A stretch of 64,000 bases of DNA. Source: Acidobacteriota bacterium. Its GTDB lineage: Bacteria > Acidobacteriota > UBA6911. Below, one piece after another: positions 39,572 to 48,331 of this stretch. Made by a program: the position numbers and the translations under genes. The stretch spans positions 21,713 through 85,712 of the forward strand of contig JAAYAJ010000022.1 of NCBI GenBank assembly GCA_012719455.1, given 5' to 3'. Position 1 is the first letter of the stretch, and each line of letters opens with the position of its first letter. The notes below the pieces were generated by a model, which saw nothing but the letters and a program-made list of their open reading frames with translations, searched no databases and was not told the origin of the DNA.

Positions 39572-40982
39572 GGGATCGATCCTCGGGGGGGGCGAGGCGC
39601 GGCCCCGTTCCCCCGTCCGGCCGCGTGTCGCGGACCGCTGCCTTGAACGCGCGCCCGCGCTCTTCGTAATTACGGAACATGTCGAAACTGGCACAGGCGG
39701 GGGCCAGCAGGACGATATCGCCGGGCGCGGCCGCGTCCCGGCACACCGACACCGCTTCCGCCATCGACCCGGCGACGGAAACGTCGGTTGCGTCCTCCAG
39801 GGCCCGGCGGAGCTTGTCCGCCGCCTCGCCGATCACCACGAGCCGCCTGACCCGTTCCCGGACGAGGGGGCGCAGGGCGCGGAAATCGCCCTCCTTGTCC
39901 CTCCCCCCGGCGATCAGGAGGATGTTGCCCGGGAAAGACTCCAGGGCCTTCGCGGTCGCGTCCACGTTGGTGGCCTTGGAATCGTTGTAGTACCGCACCC
40001 CTTCCAGTTCCGCGACGAACTCGATCCGGTGTTCCACTCCCCGAAACGAGCGGACGCCGGCTTCGAGGGCGTCGGCCGGGACCCCGGCCAGGATCGCCAG
40101 GACGCAGGCCGCGAGCACGTTTTCCAGGTTGTGCCCTCCCACGAGGCCGACGGCCCCGACGGGGAAGAGGTCCCTTTCCCCATCGTCGTCGCGGTAGACG
40201 ACGCGCCCGGCGCGCACGAAGACCCCGTGCGGGAGGGTGCGCCGGCGGCTGAACAGCACCGGGAGGGAGGGTACCCCGGTCGCCATGGCGGCGGTCCGGG
40301 GGTCGTCGGCATTCAATACGGCGTAATCCCCGGCCTCCTGGTTGAGGAACAGGCGTCGTTTGGCGGCGACGTAGTCCCCGAACCCGGCATACCGGTCCAG
40401 GTGGTCGGGCGTGAGGTTCAGGATCGCCCCGGCCGCGGGACGGAAGGTGTCGATCGCCTCCAGTTGGAAACTGGAAAGCTCCACGGCGTATAGGGTTTCG
40501 GGGGTGTCCTCGTCGACGAAGCCGACCAGGGGGGCGCCGATATTGCCGGCGGCGTGGCAGCGGCGGCCGGCCCCGATTGCCAGGTGAGCCACCAGGGCCG
40601 TCGTCGTCGTCTTGCCGTTCGAGCCCGTGATCCCGAGGATCTTCCCCCGGAGGTGGCGGTACGCCAGTTCGATTTCGGCGATGACGGGGATCCCGGCGGC
40701 CCGGCTGGCGGCGAAGAGCGGGAGAGACAGGGGGATGCCCGGGCTGACCACGACCAAGTCGGAGCGGCGGAAGCTCTCCTCCCGGTGCCCCCCGAGTTCC
40801 AGCGCCAGGGCGCTGGAGCGGGCGGCGAACTCCTCGAGCCCGCTGACGGCCGGTTCCAGGCGTTCCCTCGGTTGGGAATCGGTGAGGGTCACGCGGGCGC
40901 CGCGCGCCAGCAGGAAGCGTGCCGCGGCCACGCCGCTCCTCCCCGCCCCGGCTACCAGGATCGATTTCCCGCGATAGTTCAT
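39561..40982 (-). CDS. murD: UDP-N-acetylmuramoylalanine--D-glutamate ligase
   Basis: N-terminal Rossmann LVAGAGRSGVAAARFL. Mur ligase P-loop GSNGKTTTT. 473 aa from MNYRGKS. Confidence 0.85.
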   Translation of the reverse strand: MNYRGKSILVAGAGRSGVAAARFLLARGARVTLTDSQPRERLEPAVSGLEEFAARSSALALELGGHREESFRRSDLVVVSPGIPLSLPLFAASRAAGIPVIAEIELAYRHLRGKILGITGSNGKTTTTALVAHLAIGAGRRCHAAGNIGAPLVGFVDEDTPETLYAVELSSFQLEAIDTFRPAAGAILNLTPDHLDRYAGFGDYVAAKRRLFLNQEAGDYAVLNADDPRTAAMATGVPSLPVLFSRRRTLPHGVFVRAGRVVYRDDDGERDLFPVGAVGLVGGHNLENVLAACVLAILAGVPADALEAGVRSFRGVEHRIEFVAELEGVRYYNDSKATNVDATAKALESFPGNILLIAGGRDKEGDFRALRPLVRERVRRLVVIGEAADKLRRALEDATDVSVAGSMAEAVSVCRDAAAPGDIVLLAPACASFDMFRNYEERGRAFKAAVRDTRPDGGTGPRLAPPEDRSHGL

Positions 40983-42403
40983 CCGTTCTTCTCCATGCTG
41001 AGGCCCTGGGACAGCGGGAAACGGGAACGCAGGTTCCCGACGATCTTTTCCATGTGCACCCCGCGCGAGCCCTTGATCAGCACCAGGTCTCCCGGGCGCA
41101 CGCATTCGGCGACGAAGCCGGCGGCCGTTTCGGCGTCTGTGAAGAAGCGCGACCCTGTCAGCCCGGACTCCACCCCCCCGCGGACGATCTCGGCCGCGTC
41201 CCCCCCGACTCCGATGACCAGGTCCACCCCGCGGCGCGCGGCGAAGATGCCGCATTCGAAATGGAGCCCCGCCGACTCTTTTCCCAGTTCCCGCATTTCC
41301 CCCGCGACCAGGATCCGGCGCGAAAAACAGGGTATTTCCGCCAGGGTGTCAATCATGCCCATGAGCGCCCCGGGGTTGGAATTGTAGGAGTCGTCGATCA
41401 CCGCGAACCCGGCGGCGAAGCGGAGGATCCCCCCCCGCATCTCCGCCGGCCGGAGTTCGCGGAGCCCCGCGACGAGGGTTTCCGGTTCCATCCCCCAGCG
41501 GCGGCCGAGCGCCACCCCGGGAAGGGCGTCGAGGACGAAGTGGGCGCCGGCAAACGGGAGCTCGACCGGTCCGCGGTAGCCGGGACAGGTGAGGGTGAAG
41601 CGGGTGGCTTCCGGGCCGAGGACTTGGATTTCCTCCGCGCGCACCTCCGCGGCGGGGGAGAGTCCAAAGGAGATCGTGTCGCCGCGGTAGCGGGCGGCGA
41701 TGTCGGCCACGCGCTTGTCGTCGGCGTTGTAGACCAGCAGCCCGTCGGGAGGGAGTCCTTCGGCCAGTTCCGCCTTCGCCCGGGCGATGGCGTCCACCGA
41801 ATCGAAAAACTCGAGGTGGACGGGGGCCACGTTGGTCAGGATGCCGACATCGGGCCGGGCGATACGGCACATCTCGGCGATCTCCCCGGATGCGCTCATC
41901 CCCATTTCGAAAACGCCCAGGCGGTGTCCCGGTTCCAGCCCCGTGAGCGCCAGCGGGAGCCCGTACAGGTTGTTGAAATTCCCGGGGGCCTGGTGCACCG
42001 GGAAAGCACGGGAGAGCAGTCCGGCCGCGAACCGCCGCGTCGTGGTCTTGCCCATGCTCCCGGTCACGGCCACGAGCGTGCCCGGCCAGCCCGCCCGCAC
42101 CGCTCCGGCCAGCGCCTTCAGCGCGCCGTGGGTGTCGTCGACCTCGATGAGCACGCATTCGGGGGGGAAGGGGCCGGGGTGCCGGTAGCCGCGCTCCGCC
42201 ACCACCCCCCGAGCGCCCGCCGAGAGCGCGGCGGCGATGAACCGGTGCCCGTCCAGGCGGGGTCCCCGGATGGCGAAGAAAAGGTCGCCCGGGAGGAGCG
42301 TCCGGCTGTCGATGGAAACTCCGGTGAGGAGCGTCGCGCCGGCGCCGCAGACCAGGGTCCCCCCGGTGCCCGCCTGTACCTCGGCCGCCGAAAGCCTGGT
42401 CAT
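40979..42403 (-). CDS. murF: UDP-MurNAc-pentapeptide synthetase (D-Ala-D-Ala adding enzyme)
   Basis: P-loop GSMGKTTT. MurF-typical N-terminal domain. Start MTRLSAAEV. 4-nt overlap with murD; no mraY in between. Confidence 0.8.
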   Translation of the reverse strand: MTRLSAAEVQAGTGGTLVCGAGATLLTGVSIDSRTLLPGDLFFAIRGPRLDGHRFIAAALSAGARGVVAERGYRHPGPFPPECVLIEVDDTHGALKALAGAVRAGWPGTLVAVTGSMGKTTTRRFAAGLLSRAFPVHQAPGNFNNLYGLPLALTGLEPGHRLGVFEMGMSASGEIAEMCRIARPDVGILTNVAPVHLEFFDSVDAIARAKAELAEGLPPDGLLVYNADDKRVADIAARYRGDTISFGLSPAAEVRAEEIQVLGPEATRFTLTCPGYRGPVELPFAGAHFVLDALPGVALGRRWGMEPETLVAGLRELRPAEMRGGILRFAAGFAVIDDSYNSNPGALMGMIDTLAEIPCFSRRILVAGEMRELGKESAGLHFECGIFAARRGVDLVIGVGGDAAEIVRGGVESGLTGSRFFTDAETAAGFVAECVRPGDLVLIKGSRGVHMEKIVGNLRSRFPLSQGLSMEKNG

Positions 42404-43890
42404 GACGCCTCCTCCCCGTGCCCGGCGCCGGCGCGACGGCGCAGGCACTCGAGCGCCACTTCCCGGTCGTCGAAGGGGAAGGTCCGGGTCCCGATGACCT
42501 GGTAGTCCTCGTGCCCCTTTCCGGCGATCACCACGATGTCCCCCGTTTCGGCCATGTCGACGGCGGCGGCGATCGCGCTGCGGCGGTCGGGGATGACCGT
42601 GTAGGGGGCGGGTCCTTTCTTCAGGCCCGGCTCGATTTCCCTCAGGATGTCGTCAGGGTTTTCTTCCCTCGGGTTGTCGCTGGTGGCGATCACGTGATCG
42701 CTCCATTTGGCGGCGATGGCGCCCATGATGGGACGCTTCTCCCGGTCCCGGTTGCCGCCGCAGCCGAAGACGGTGATCAGCTTCCGGCGGGGGAGCTGTC
42801 CTGCGGTGCGCAGGACGTTTTCGAGCGAGTCGGGAGAATGGGCGTAATCGACGAGCACCAGGAAGTCCTGCCCCCCCTCGACCCTCTGCATCCGCCCCGG
42901 GACCCCCGCGAGGGCGCGGATGCCGGCGCCGATTTCGTCGAGGCCGAGGCCGAGGCTGAGCCCGGCGCCGGTGGCGGCCATGATGTTGTAGGCATTGTGA
43001 CGCCCGATCAGGGGGGATTCGATCCGCGCTTCCCCCGCCGGCGTCGCCAGGTGCAGGAGGGTGCCCTCAAAGCCGCTCCGGAAGTCGAGGACATGGATGT
43101 CAGCCGCGGCGTCGAAGCCGAAGGTGGTGACGTCCGCGGCGGCCTCGGCTCGCAGCCGCCGGCCCCAGGTGTCATCGATGTTGATGACGGCGGTTTGCAG
43201 CCGGTTGCGGTTGCCGGGGGTGAAGAGGATCCTCTTCGCCTGGTAGTAGGCCTCCATCGTTTCGTGGTAATCGAGGTGGTCGCGGGTCAGGTTCATGAAC
43301 ACGCCCACCGGGAAGTGGGCGCCGTAAACCCGTTTCATCGCCAGGGCGTGGGAGGAGACCTCGAGGGTCCCGTGCGTGCACCCCAGGTCGGCCGCCCGGC
43401 GGAAAAAGCGCTGCAGGTCGGGGGCTTCCGGGGTGGTGTGCCGCGACGGGAAGTCGCGCGCGCCGATCTTCATCCCGATCGTTCCCACCAGGCAGGAGCG
43501 CAGCCCCGCGCCGGTGAAGATGGAATGCAGGAGATAGGTGCAGGTGGTCTTCCCCTTGGTCCCGGTGATCGCCGCGATTTTCAGCCCGGCCGAGGGGTCG
43601 CCGTAAAAGACGCGGGACACGTCCGCCAGGAAGGCGCGCGCGTTCTCGACCCCGACGCACTCCACCCCGGCGAGGGGGATGGGGGGGCCTTCGGAGGCTA
43701 CGGCGACGGCGCCGCGCTCGACGGCCTGGCCGATGAAGCGCGCCCCGTTCTCCTTTTTCCCCGGGATGGCGACGAACAGGTCCCCCTCCCGCACGAGGCG
43801 CGAGTCGTAGGCGATCCCCCCGATTCGGGTGTCGGCGCCACCGCCGTAGAGGATGCCGGGAATCTGTCGGAGAGCTTCCTTCAACAGCAT
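42400..43890 (-). CDS. murE: UDP-MurNAc-tripeptide synthetase (meso-DAP adding)
   Basis: P-loop GTKGKTT. C-terminal DNPR motif. 496 aa from MLLKEAL. Confidence 0.85.
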   Translation of the reverse strand: MLLKEALRQIPGILYGGGADTRIGGIAYDSRLVREGDLFVAIPGKKENGARFIGQAVERGAVAVASEGPPIPLAGVECVGVENARAFLADVSRVFYGDPSAGLKIAAITGTKGKTTCTYLLHSIFTGAGLRSCLVGTIGMKIGARDFPSRHTTPEAPDLQRFFRRAADLGCTHGTLEVSSHALAMKRVYGAHFPVGVFMNLTRDHLDYHETMEAYYQAKRILFTPGNRNRLQTAVINIDDTWGRRLRAEAAADVTTFGFDAAADIHVLDFRSGFEGTLLHLATPAGEARIESPLIGRHNAYNIMAATGAGLSLGLGLDEIGAGIRALAGVPGRMQRVEGGQDFLVLVDYAHSPDSLENVLRTAGQLPRRKLITVFGCGGNRDREKRPIMGAIAAKWSDHVIATSDNPREENPDDILREIEPGLKKGPAPYTVIPDRRSAIAAAVDMAETGDIVVIAGKGHEDYQVIGTRTFPFDDREVALECLRRRAGAGHGEEAS

Positions 43891-43903
43891 GGTTTTGTTC
43901 GCC

Positions 43904-45997
43904 TCAGGGCCGGCTGTCCGGCATTCGGGTGTCGGCGCGTTCGGCCGCGTATTGCGCCTCCGCGGCCGCCAGCGCTTTTTCGAGATTCGCCTGGACAAAG
44001 GTCACCGAACAAGTTTCCCCGCGGAAAATCCTGGTCCCGGGCGGAGGGGACTGAAAGACGGCTACTCCGGCCCCGCTTGCCTCGAGGTGGATCCCGATGT
44101 CGATGCATCGGTTGAGCACTTCACGCTTGGACTGTCCCCGGAAATCGGGCAGGGGGGCGGAATCCCCGCCGACGTGGACCGTGAGGACTCCGGGCTGTTC
44201 GGGCCCGGCCGGCCGGCGCCCGGAGAAGGACCCCAGGGGGCGCACCGGGGTGGCGTTGGGCAGGTAATCCTGGGTGCTTGCGGCCATCGGCTGCAGCTTC
44301 GGCAGCGGCAGGTTGGGGTCGGGGGGGAGCCGGAGCTGCATCAGGACCTCCTGGGTCACCCGCTTGAAAATGGGGGCGGAAACTTCGCCGCCGTAGTATC
44401 CCCGGGAGGGCTCGTCGAGCTGCACCAGCACGGTGATGCGCGGCTGCGGCAGCGGGGCGAAGCCGATGAAGGAAGCGACGTACTGGGAGGGGGAGTAGCG
44501 CCCGTTGACGATCTTCTGGGCAGTTCCCGTCTTGCCGGCCGCCCGGTACCCTTCGAGCGCCGCCCGTTTTCCCGTTCCCCGGACCACGACCCCTTCGAAG
44601 GCGTGGGTCACCGCCTCCGCCGTTCTCGGACTCATGATGCGCTCCCGTTCCGGCGCGACCACCCTGACGAGATCGCCGTTTTCGTCGATCACGCGGTCCA
44701 CGACCGAGGGGCGGACGCGGAAACCCCCGTTGGCGATGGCGTTGATGGCGTTCAGGATCTGCAACGAGGTGACCCCCACCTCCTGCCCGAAGGAGATCGC
44801 CCCGATCGACAACCCCGACCACTGGTGCCAGTCGCGCACGAGCCCGACGATTTCCCCCGGCAGGTCCACGCCGGTCCTGGAGCCGAAACCGAAGGTGCGG
44901 AGCGCCTCGTACAGCCGCTGCTCCCCCAGCCGGAGGCCCAGCTTGGCCACCCCCACGTTGGAGGAGAACTCGAGGACCTGGCTGAAGCTCAGCAGCCCGT
45001 AGCCCTTGTGGTCGCGGAACAGGTGGCCGCCGATGTTGATCGATCCCATCTGGCAGTCGATCTTCTCCTCCGGGTGCGTCAGCCCGGCTTCCAGGGCGGC
45101 CGTCGCCACGACCACCTTGAAGGTGGACCCCGGTTCGAAGAGGTCCGAGACCGCGCGGTTGCGCCAGTAATCGGCCTCGTACTCGTTGTATTTGTTGCTG
45201 TTGAACTGGGGGTGGTTGGACAGGGCGAGGATCCTTCCCGTCTCCGACTCCATCACGATGATGGTCCCGGCCTTGGCCCCCGTCGCCTCGATTCCGGCCG
45301 CCAGCTCCCGGTCGGCGATGTACTGGATCGATTTGTCGATGCTGAGCACGAGGCTCTTTCCCTGGACGGGGGGTTTGTCGACATGGACCCTGAAGGAGCG
45401 GCGGCGGGCGTCGACGTCGAAGGAGTAGATCCCCTCCGAACCCTTGAGTTCGCCGTCGTACTGGAGTTCCAGCCCCGCGCCCCCGTCCCCGTTCATGTTG
45501 ACGAACCCAAGGGTATGACACGCCAAGTCCCGGTTGGGGTACACGCGCATGCTTTCGTCCACGAAATAGACGCCGTCGAGGTCAAGGGCTTCGATGCGGG
45601 CCTCCACCTTTGGGTCGATCCTGCGCTTGAGGATCGCGAAGCTGCGGTGGGCGGGGTCGGAGAGCCGGCGGGTGAGTTTCCCCGGGTCGAGCCCTAGAAT
45701 CGACGCCAGCTCCCGGGCGGTCCCGGGGATGTCCTTCATCCGGCGCGGTTCAGCCACGGCGGTGCTCACGGTCACGCTGGTGGCGAGTTCGGCCATATGG
45801 CTGTCGTAGATGACGCCGCGCGGCGCGTGGATGGAGCGCCGCACCTGCTGCCTTTCAGAGGCCAGGCGCCGGTAGGTAGGGTGTTCGAAAACCTGCAGCT
45901 GCACCAGCCGCAACAGGATGAGAAGGCTCCAGAAGGAGATCCCCAGGATCACCAGGGCGGTTCTCGTATTCTTGGAGCTGCGGCCGCTGTTGGACAT
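43904..45997 (-). CDS. ftsI: Division-specific transpeptidase FtsI (class B PBP) with C-terminal PASTA domain
   Basis: TM anchor. SxxK (…TFKV…), SxN and KTGT transpeptidase motifs. C-terminal about 65 aa PASTA-like segment (…LTVHVGGDSAPLPDFRGQSKREVLN…GTRIFRGETCSVTF). Confidence 0.85.
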   Translation of the reverse strand: MSNSGRSSKNTRTALVILGISFWSLLILLRLVQLQVFEHPTYRRLASERQQVRRSIHAPRGVIYDSHMAELATSVTVSTAVAEPRRMKDIPGTARELASILGLDPGKLTRRLSDPAHRSFAILKRRIDPKVEARIEALDLDGVYFVDESMRVYPNRDLACHTLGFVNMNGDGGAGLELQYDGELKGSEGIYSFDVDARRRSFRVHVDKPPVQGKSLVLSIDKSIQYIADRELAAGIEATGAKAGTIIVMESETGRILALSNHPQFNSNKYNEYEADYWRNRAVSDLFEPGSTFKVVVATAALEAGLTHPEEKIDCQMGSINIGGHLFRDHKGYGLLSFSQVLEFSSNVGVAKLGLRLGEQRLYEALRTFGFGSRTGVDLPGEIVGLVRDWHQWSGLSIGAISFGQEVGVTSLQILNAINAIANGGFRVRPSVVDRVIDENGDLVRVVAPERERIMSPRTAEAVTHAFEGVVVRGTGKRAALEGYRAAGKTGTAQKIVNGRYSPSQYVASFIGFAPLPQPRITVLVQLDEPSRGYYGGEVSAPIFKRVTQEVLMQLRLPPDPNLPLPKLQPMAASTQDYLPNATPVRPLGSFSGRRPAGPEQPGVLTVHVGGDSAPLPDFRGQSKREVLNRCIDIGIHLEASGAGVAVFQSPPPGTRIFRGETCSVTFVQANLEKALAAAEAQYAAERADTRMPDSRP

Positions 45998-46103
45998 AAC
46001 GGTTCATGACGGACGAGAGTGGATCGACGACGCCGCGCGCGCGGGTTCTCCCGTCAATCGGCGCTCATCGATCGTCGGTCCTCTTTTCTGTGGCGCTTCG
46101 GTT

Positions 46104-46547
46104 TCAGTTGCTACGGTTACGACCCGAGCCGGTTCTCGGGGGCAGCTTCCTCCCCACCCCCTTCCCGGCATCGGCCAGGGCCAGGGCATAAGTCCCCGGC
46201 TCGGCGCTCCGGGCGGGCGGCAGGATGACCTGGTTCGGCCGCAGCGGCGCCATGCGGAGCTCGTTGCGGGCCAGGATGTCGATCCGTTCCGGGTTGCGGA
46301 GGGTCTCCTCCTCGAGGATCAGCCGCTTCTCGAGGCGCGCGAGCGCCTCCTCGCGGGAGAACAGGCTCTGGCTTTCATAGCCGATGCTGACGATCCGGCC
46401 GCGGACATAGGAAGAGAAAAGGAAGGCCGCGGCGATCAGGGCCAGGGAGGCGATGGTGCCGAGCAGTTCCGAGAGCATGCGGGCATCGATCCCGCGCCGG
46501 ATCCCGTAATTACGTGTTTCTATGCTGGCTGCCCAGTCTGTCATCAT
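46104..46547 (-). CDS. ftsL: Cell division protein FtsL (putative)
   Basis: Small bitopic protein (TM helix LLGTIASLALIAAAFLF plus coiled-coil segment) between rsmH and ftsI. ATGA overlap with the rsmH stop. Start uncertain. Confidence 0.55.
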   Translation of the reverse strand: MMTDWAASIETRNYGIRRGIDARMLSELLGTIASLALIAAAFLFSSYVRGRIVSIGYESQSLFSREEALARLEKRLILEEETLRNPERIDILARNELRMAPLRPNQVILPPARSAEPGTYALALADAGKGVGRKLPPRTGSGRNRSN

Positions 46548-47560
46548 GATCTCCAGGTCTCCTGTTCGGGGCGCACGCTGCCGTTCCCTGCCTCCGGGCC
46601 GGTCGCTTCCGTTCGTTCCAGTGCCCTCAGCCGCGCGCTGCGGGCCCTGGGGTTGGCTTGCACTTCATCCTCCCCCGGCGCCAGGGGGCGCGGGGTGAGG
46701 ATGCGGCCCCGAGCCTTCCGGGGGCAGGTGCACAGTTCCGGCGCGGCGTCGCAGACGCATTGTCCCGCCAGCCGGCGGAACGTCCGCTTGACGATGCGGT
46801 CTTCCAGGGAGTGGAAGGAGATGACCACGATCCTCCCCGCCGGTTTCAGGAAGTCGAAGGCTTCCATGAGCAGCTCTTCCAGTCCTTCCAGCTCTTCGTT
46901 GACGGCGATCCGCAGCGCCTGGAATGTCCGGGTAGCGGGGTGGATGCTCTGGTGCCCGCGGACCCTGAAGGCGCGGCTGACAACGGCTGCCAGCTGAAGG
47001 CAGCGGGTGATCGGGGCCCGGGCGCGTTCCCGGACGATGGCGGCCGCGATGCGGCGCGAATACCGCTCCTCGCCGTAGCGATAGATGAGATCGGCCAGTT
47101 CCGTCTCCGGCAGGTTGTTGACCAGGTCGGCCGCCGTCCACTGCTGGCTCCGGTCCATGCGCATGTCGAGCAGCTCGTCGGACTGGAAGCTGAATCCGCG
47201 TTCCGCGGCGAGCAGCTGGTAGGAATTCACCCCCAGGTCGAGCAGGATGCCGTCCACGGGCGGCAGCGCCAGGTTGTTCAGGATCAGCGGCAGGTTCTTG
47301 TAGTTGTCGTGAATCAGCCGCAGGCCCGGGCCGCAGGGGGCCAGCCGCAGTGCGGCCTTGTCGAGCGATTCCTTGTCCCGATCGATGCCGATCAGCCGCC
47401 CCCCGGGGCGGATCCGTTCCATGATCCCCAGGGAATGTCCGCCGAGGCCCACCGTGGCGTCTACGTATACGCCGCCGGGCTCGCACCGGAGCAGGTCAAA
47501 GACCTCCCGCTGCATGACCGGAAGGTGTTCGATTTCCGTGTGTCCGCCGTGAGGTGTCAT
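46544..47560 (-). CDS. rsmH: 16S rRNA (cytosine1402-N4)-methyltransferase RsmH (MraW)
   Basis: HLPVM…VYVDATVGLGGHS SAM motif. Conserved C-terminal domain. Second gene of the dcw cluster. Confidence 0.85.
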   Translation of the reverse strand: MTPHGGHTEIEHLPVMQREVFDLLRCEPGGVYVDATVGLGGHSLGIMERIRPGGRLIGIDRDKESLDKAALRLAPCGPGLRLIHDNYKNLPLILNNLALPPVDGILLDLGVNSYQLLAAERGFSFQSDELLDMRMDRSQQWTAADLVNNLPETELADLIYRYGEERYSRRIAAAIVRERARAPITRCLQLAAVVSRAFRVRGHQSIHPATRTFQALRIAVNEELEGLEELLMEAFDFLKPAGRIVVISFHSLEDRIVKRTFRRLAGQCVCDAAPELCTCPRKARGRILTPRPLAPGEDEVQANPRARSARLRALERTEATGPEAGNGSVRPEQETWRS

Positions 47561-47606
47561 GCTGTTCCGGGCCGTTACGATCACTGTTTTACCATTCCTC
47601 TTTCCG

Positions 47607-48047
47607 CTAGAAGCCCTGTTCCGCCAACTTCTCGCGTTCCTCCAGGGTGAGCGGATTCTCCTTGAGGCTCTTGCGGAACACTTCGTCGTTCCAGACCTCG
47701 AGGTGGTCCATCTTCCCGATCACGATGACGTCGCCCGAAATCGCGGCATCCTCGCGCAGCGATTGCGGGATCAGGATGCGCCCCTGGGGATCCATCTGCG
47801 TCACCAGGCCGTAGTAGCTGGTGAACCGCTCAAGCTTCAGCTTCGCCGGATCCATCCGCGGCGGCTCCTGGAACTTCCTGGCGATCCGTTCCCAGACCGG
47901 AATCGGGTAGATTTGGGCGCACCGGCCGTCGTCGCTGGTTACGTAATAGGTGTCGTCTTCGGTTTCAGGCAGGTCGCGACGGAACTTCGCGGGCAATCTC
48001 AGGCGCGATTTCTCGTCGATCTTCGCCGAATACCTACCCCAAAGCAT
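47607..48047 (-). CDS. mraZ: Transcriptional regulator MraZ
   Basis: 146 aa. Duplicated MraZ domain (…KIDEKSRLRLP… / …DPQGRILIPQSLR…). Confidence 0.9.
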   Translation of the reverse strand: MLWGRYSAKIDEKSRLRLPAKFRRDLPETEDDTYYVTSDDGRCAQIYPIPVWERIARKFQEPPRMDPAKLKLERFTSYYGLVTQMDPQGRILIPQSLREDAAISGDVIVIGKMDHLEVWNDEVFRKSLKENPLTLEEREKLAEQGF

Positions 48048-48120
48048 ATGGAATCCGCCCCTGCATCAGACGCACACATGAGTTATCATCAGCTGAAAAC
48101 GTTGTTGTGTGGCCCTAATT

Positions 48121-48150
48121 GACCACTATGAACCACTATCGACCACTTTC
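48121..48150 (-). promoter_or_regulatory. Putative MraZ operator: three direct GTGGT repeats with 5-nt spacers (GTGGTcgataGTGGTtcataGTGGT on the minus strand)
   Basis: Plus strand gACCACtatgaACCACtatcgACCACtttc, about 75 nt upstream of the mraZ start. Architecture matches the known MraZ-box (three GTGG[G/T] repeats, 10-bp periodicity). Confidence 0.5.
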
Positions 48151-48331
48151 GCTTTGAACATAAGCCCGAGGCTCATGGGGTGTCAAGGGAATTGTGGTGA
48201 TACATATGATCTTTATTGATTTTTTCTTTTTCGGCGGTTTTTTGCGGGGGATGGGCGAAATGCCTCCGGATCTCGCCTGGTGGAACGGATCCTGTGGTAC
48301 TATGCGAGGTCTTTGATTCGGGGGCGGAAAC

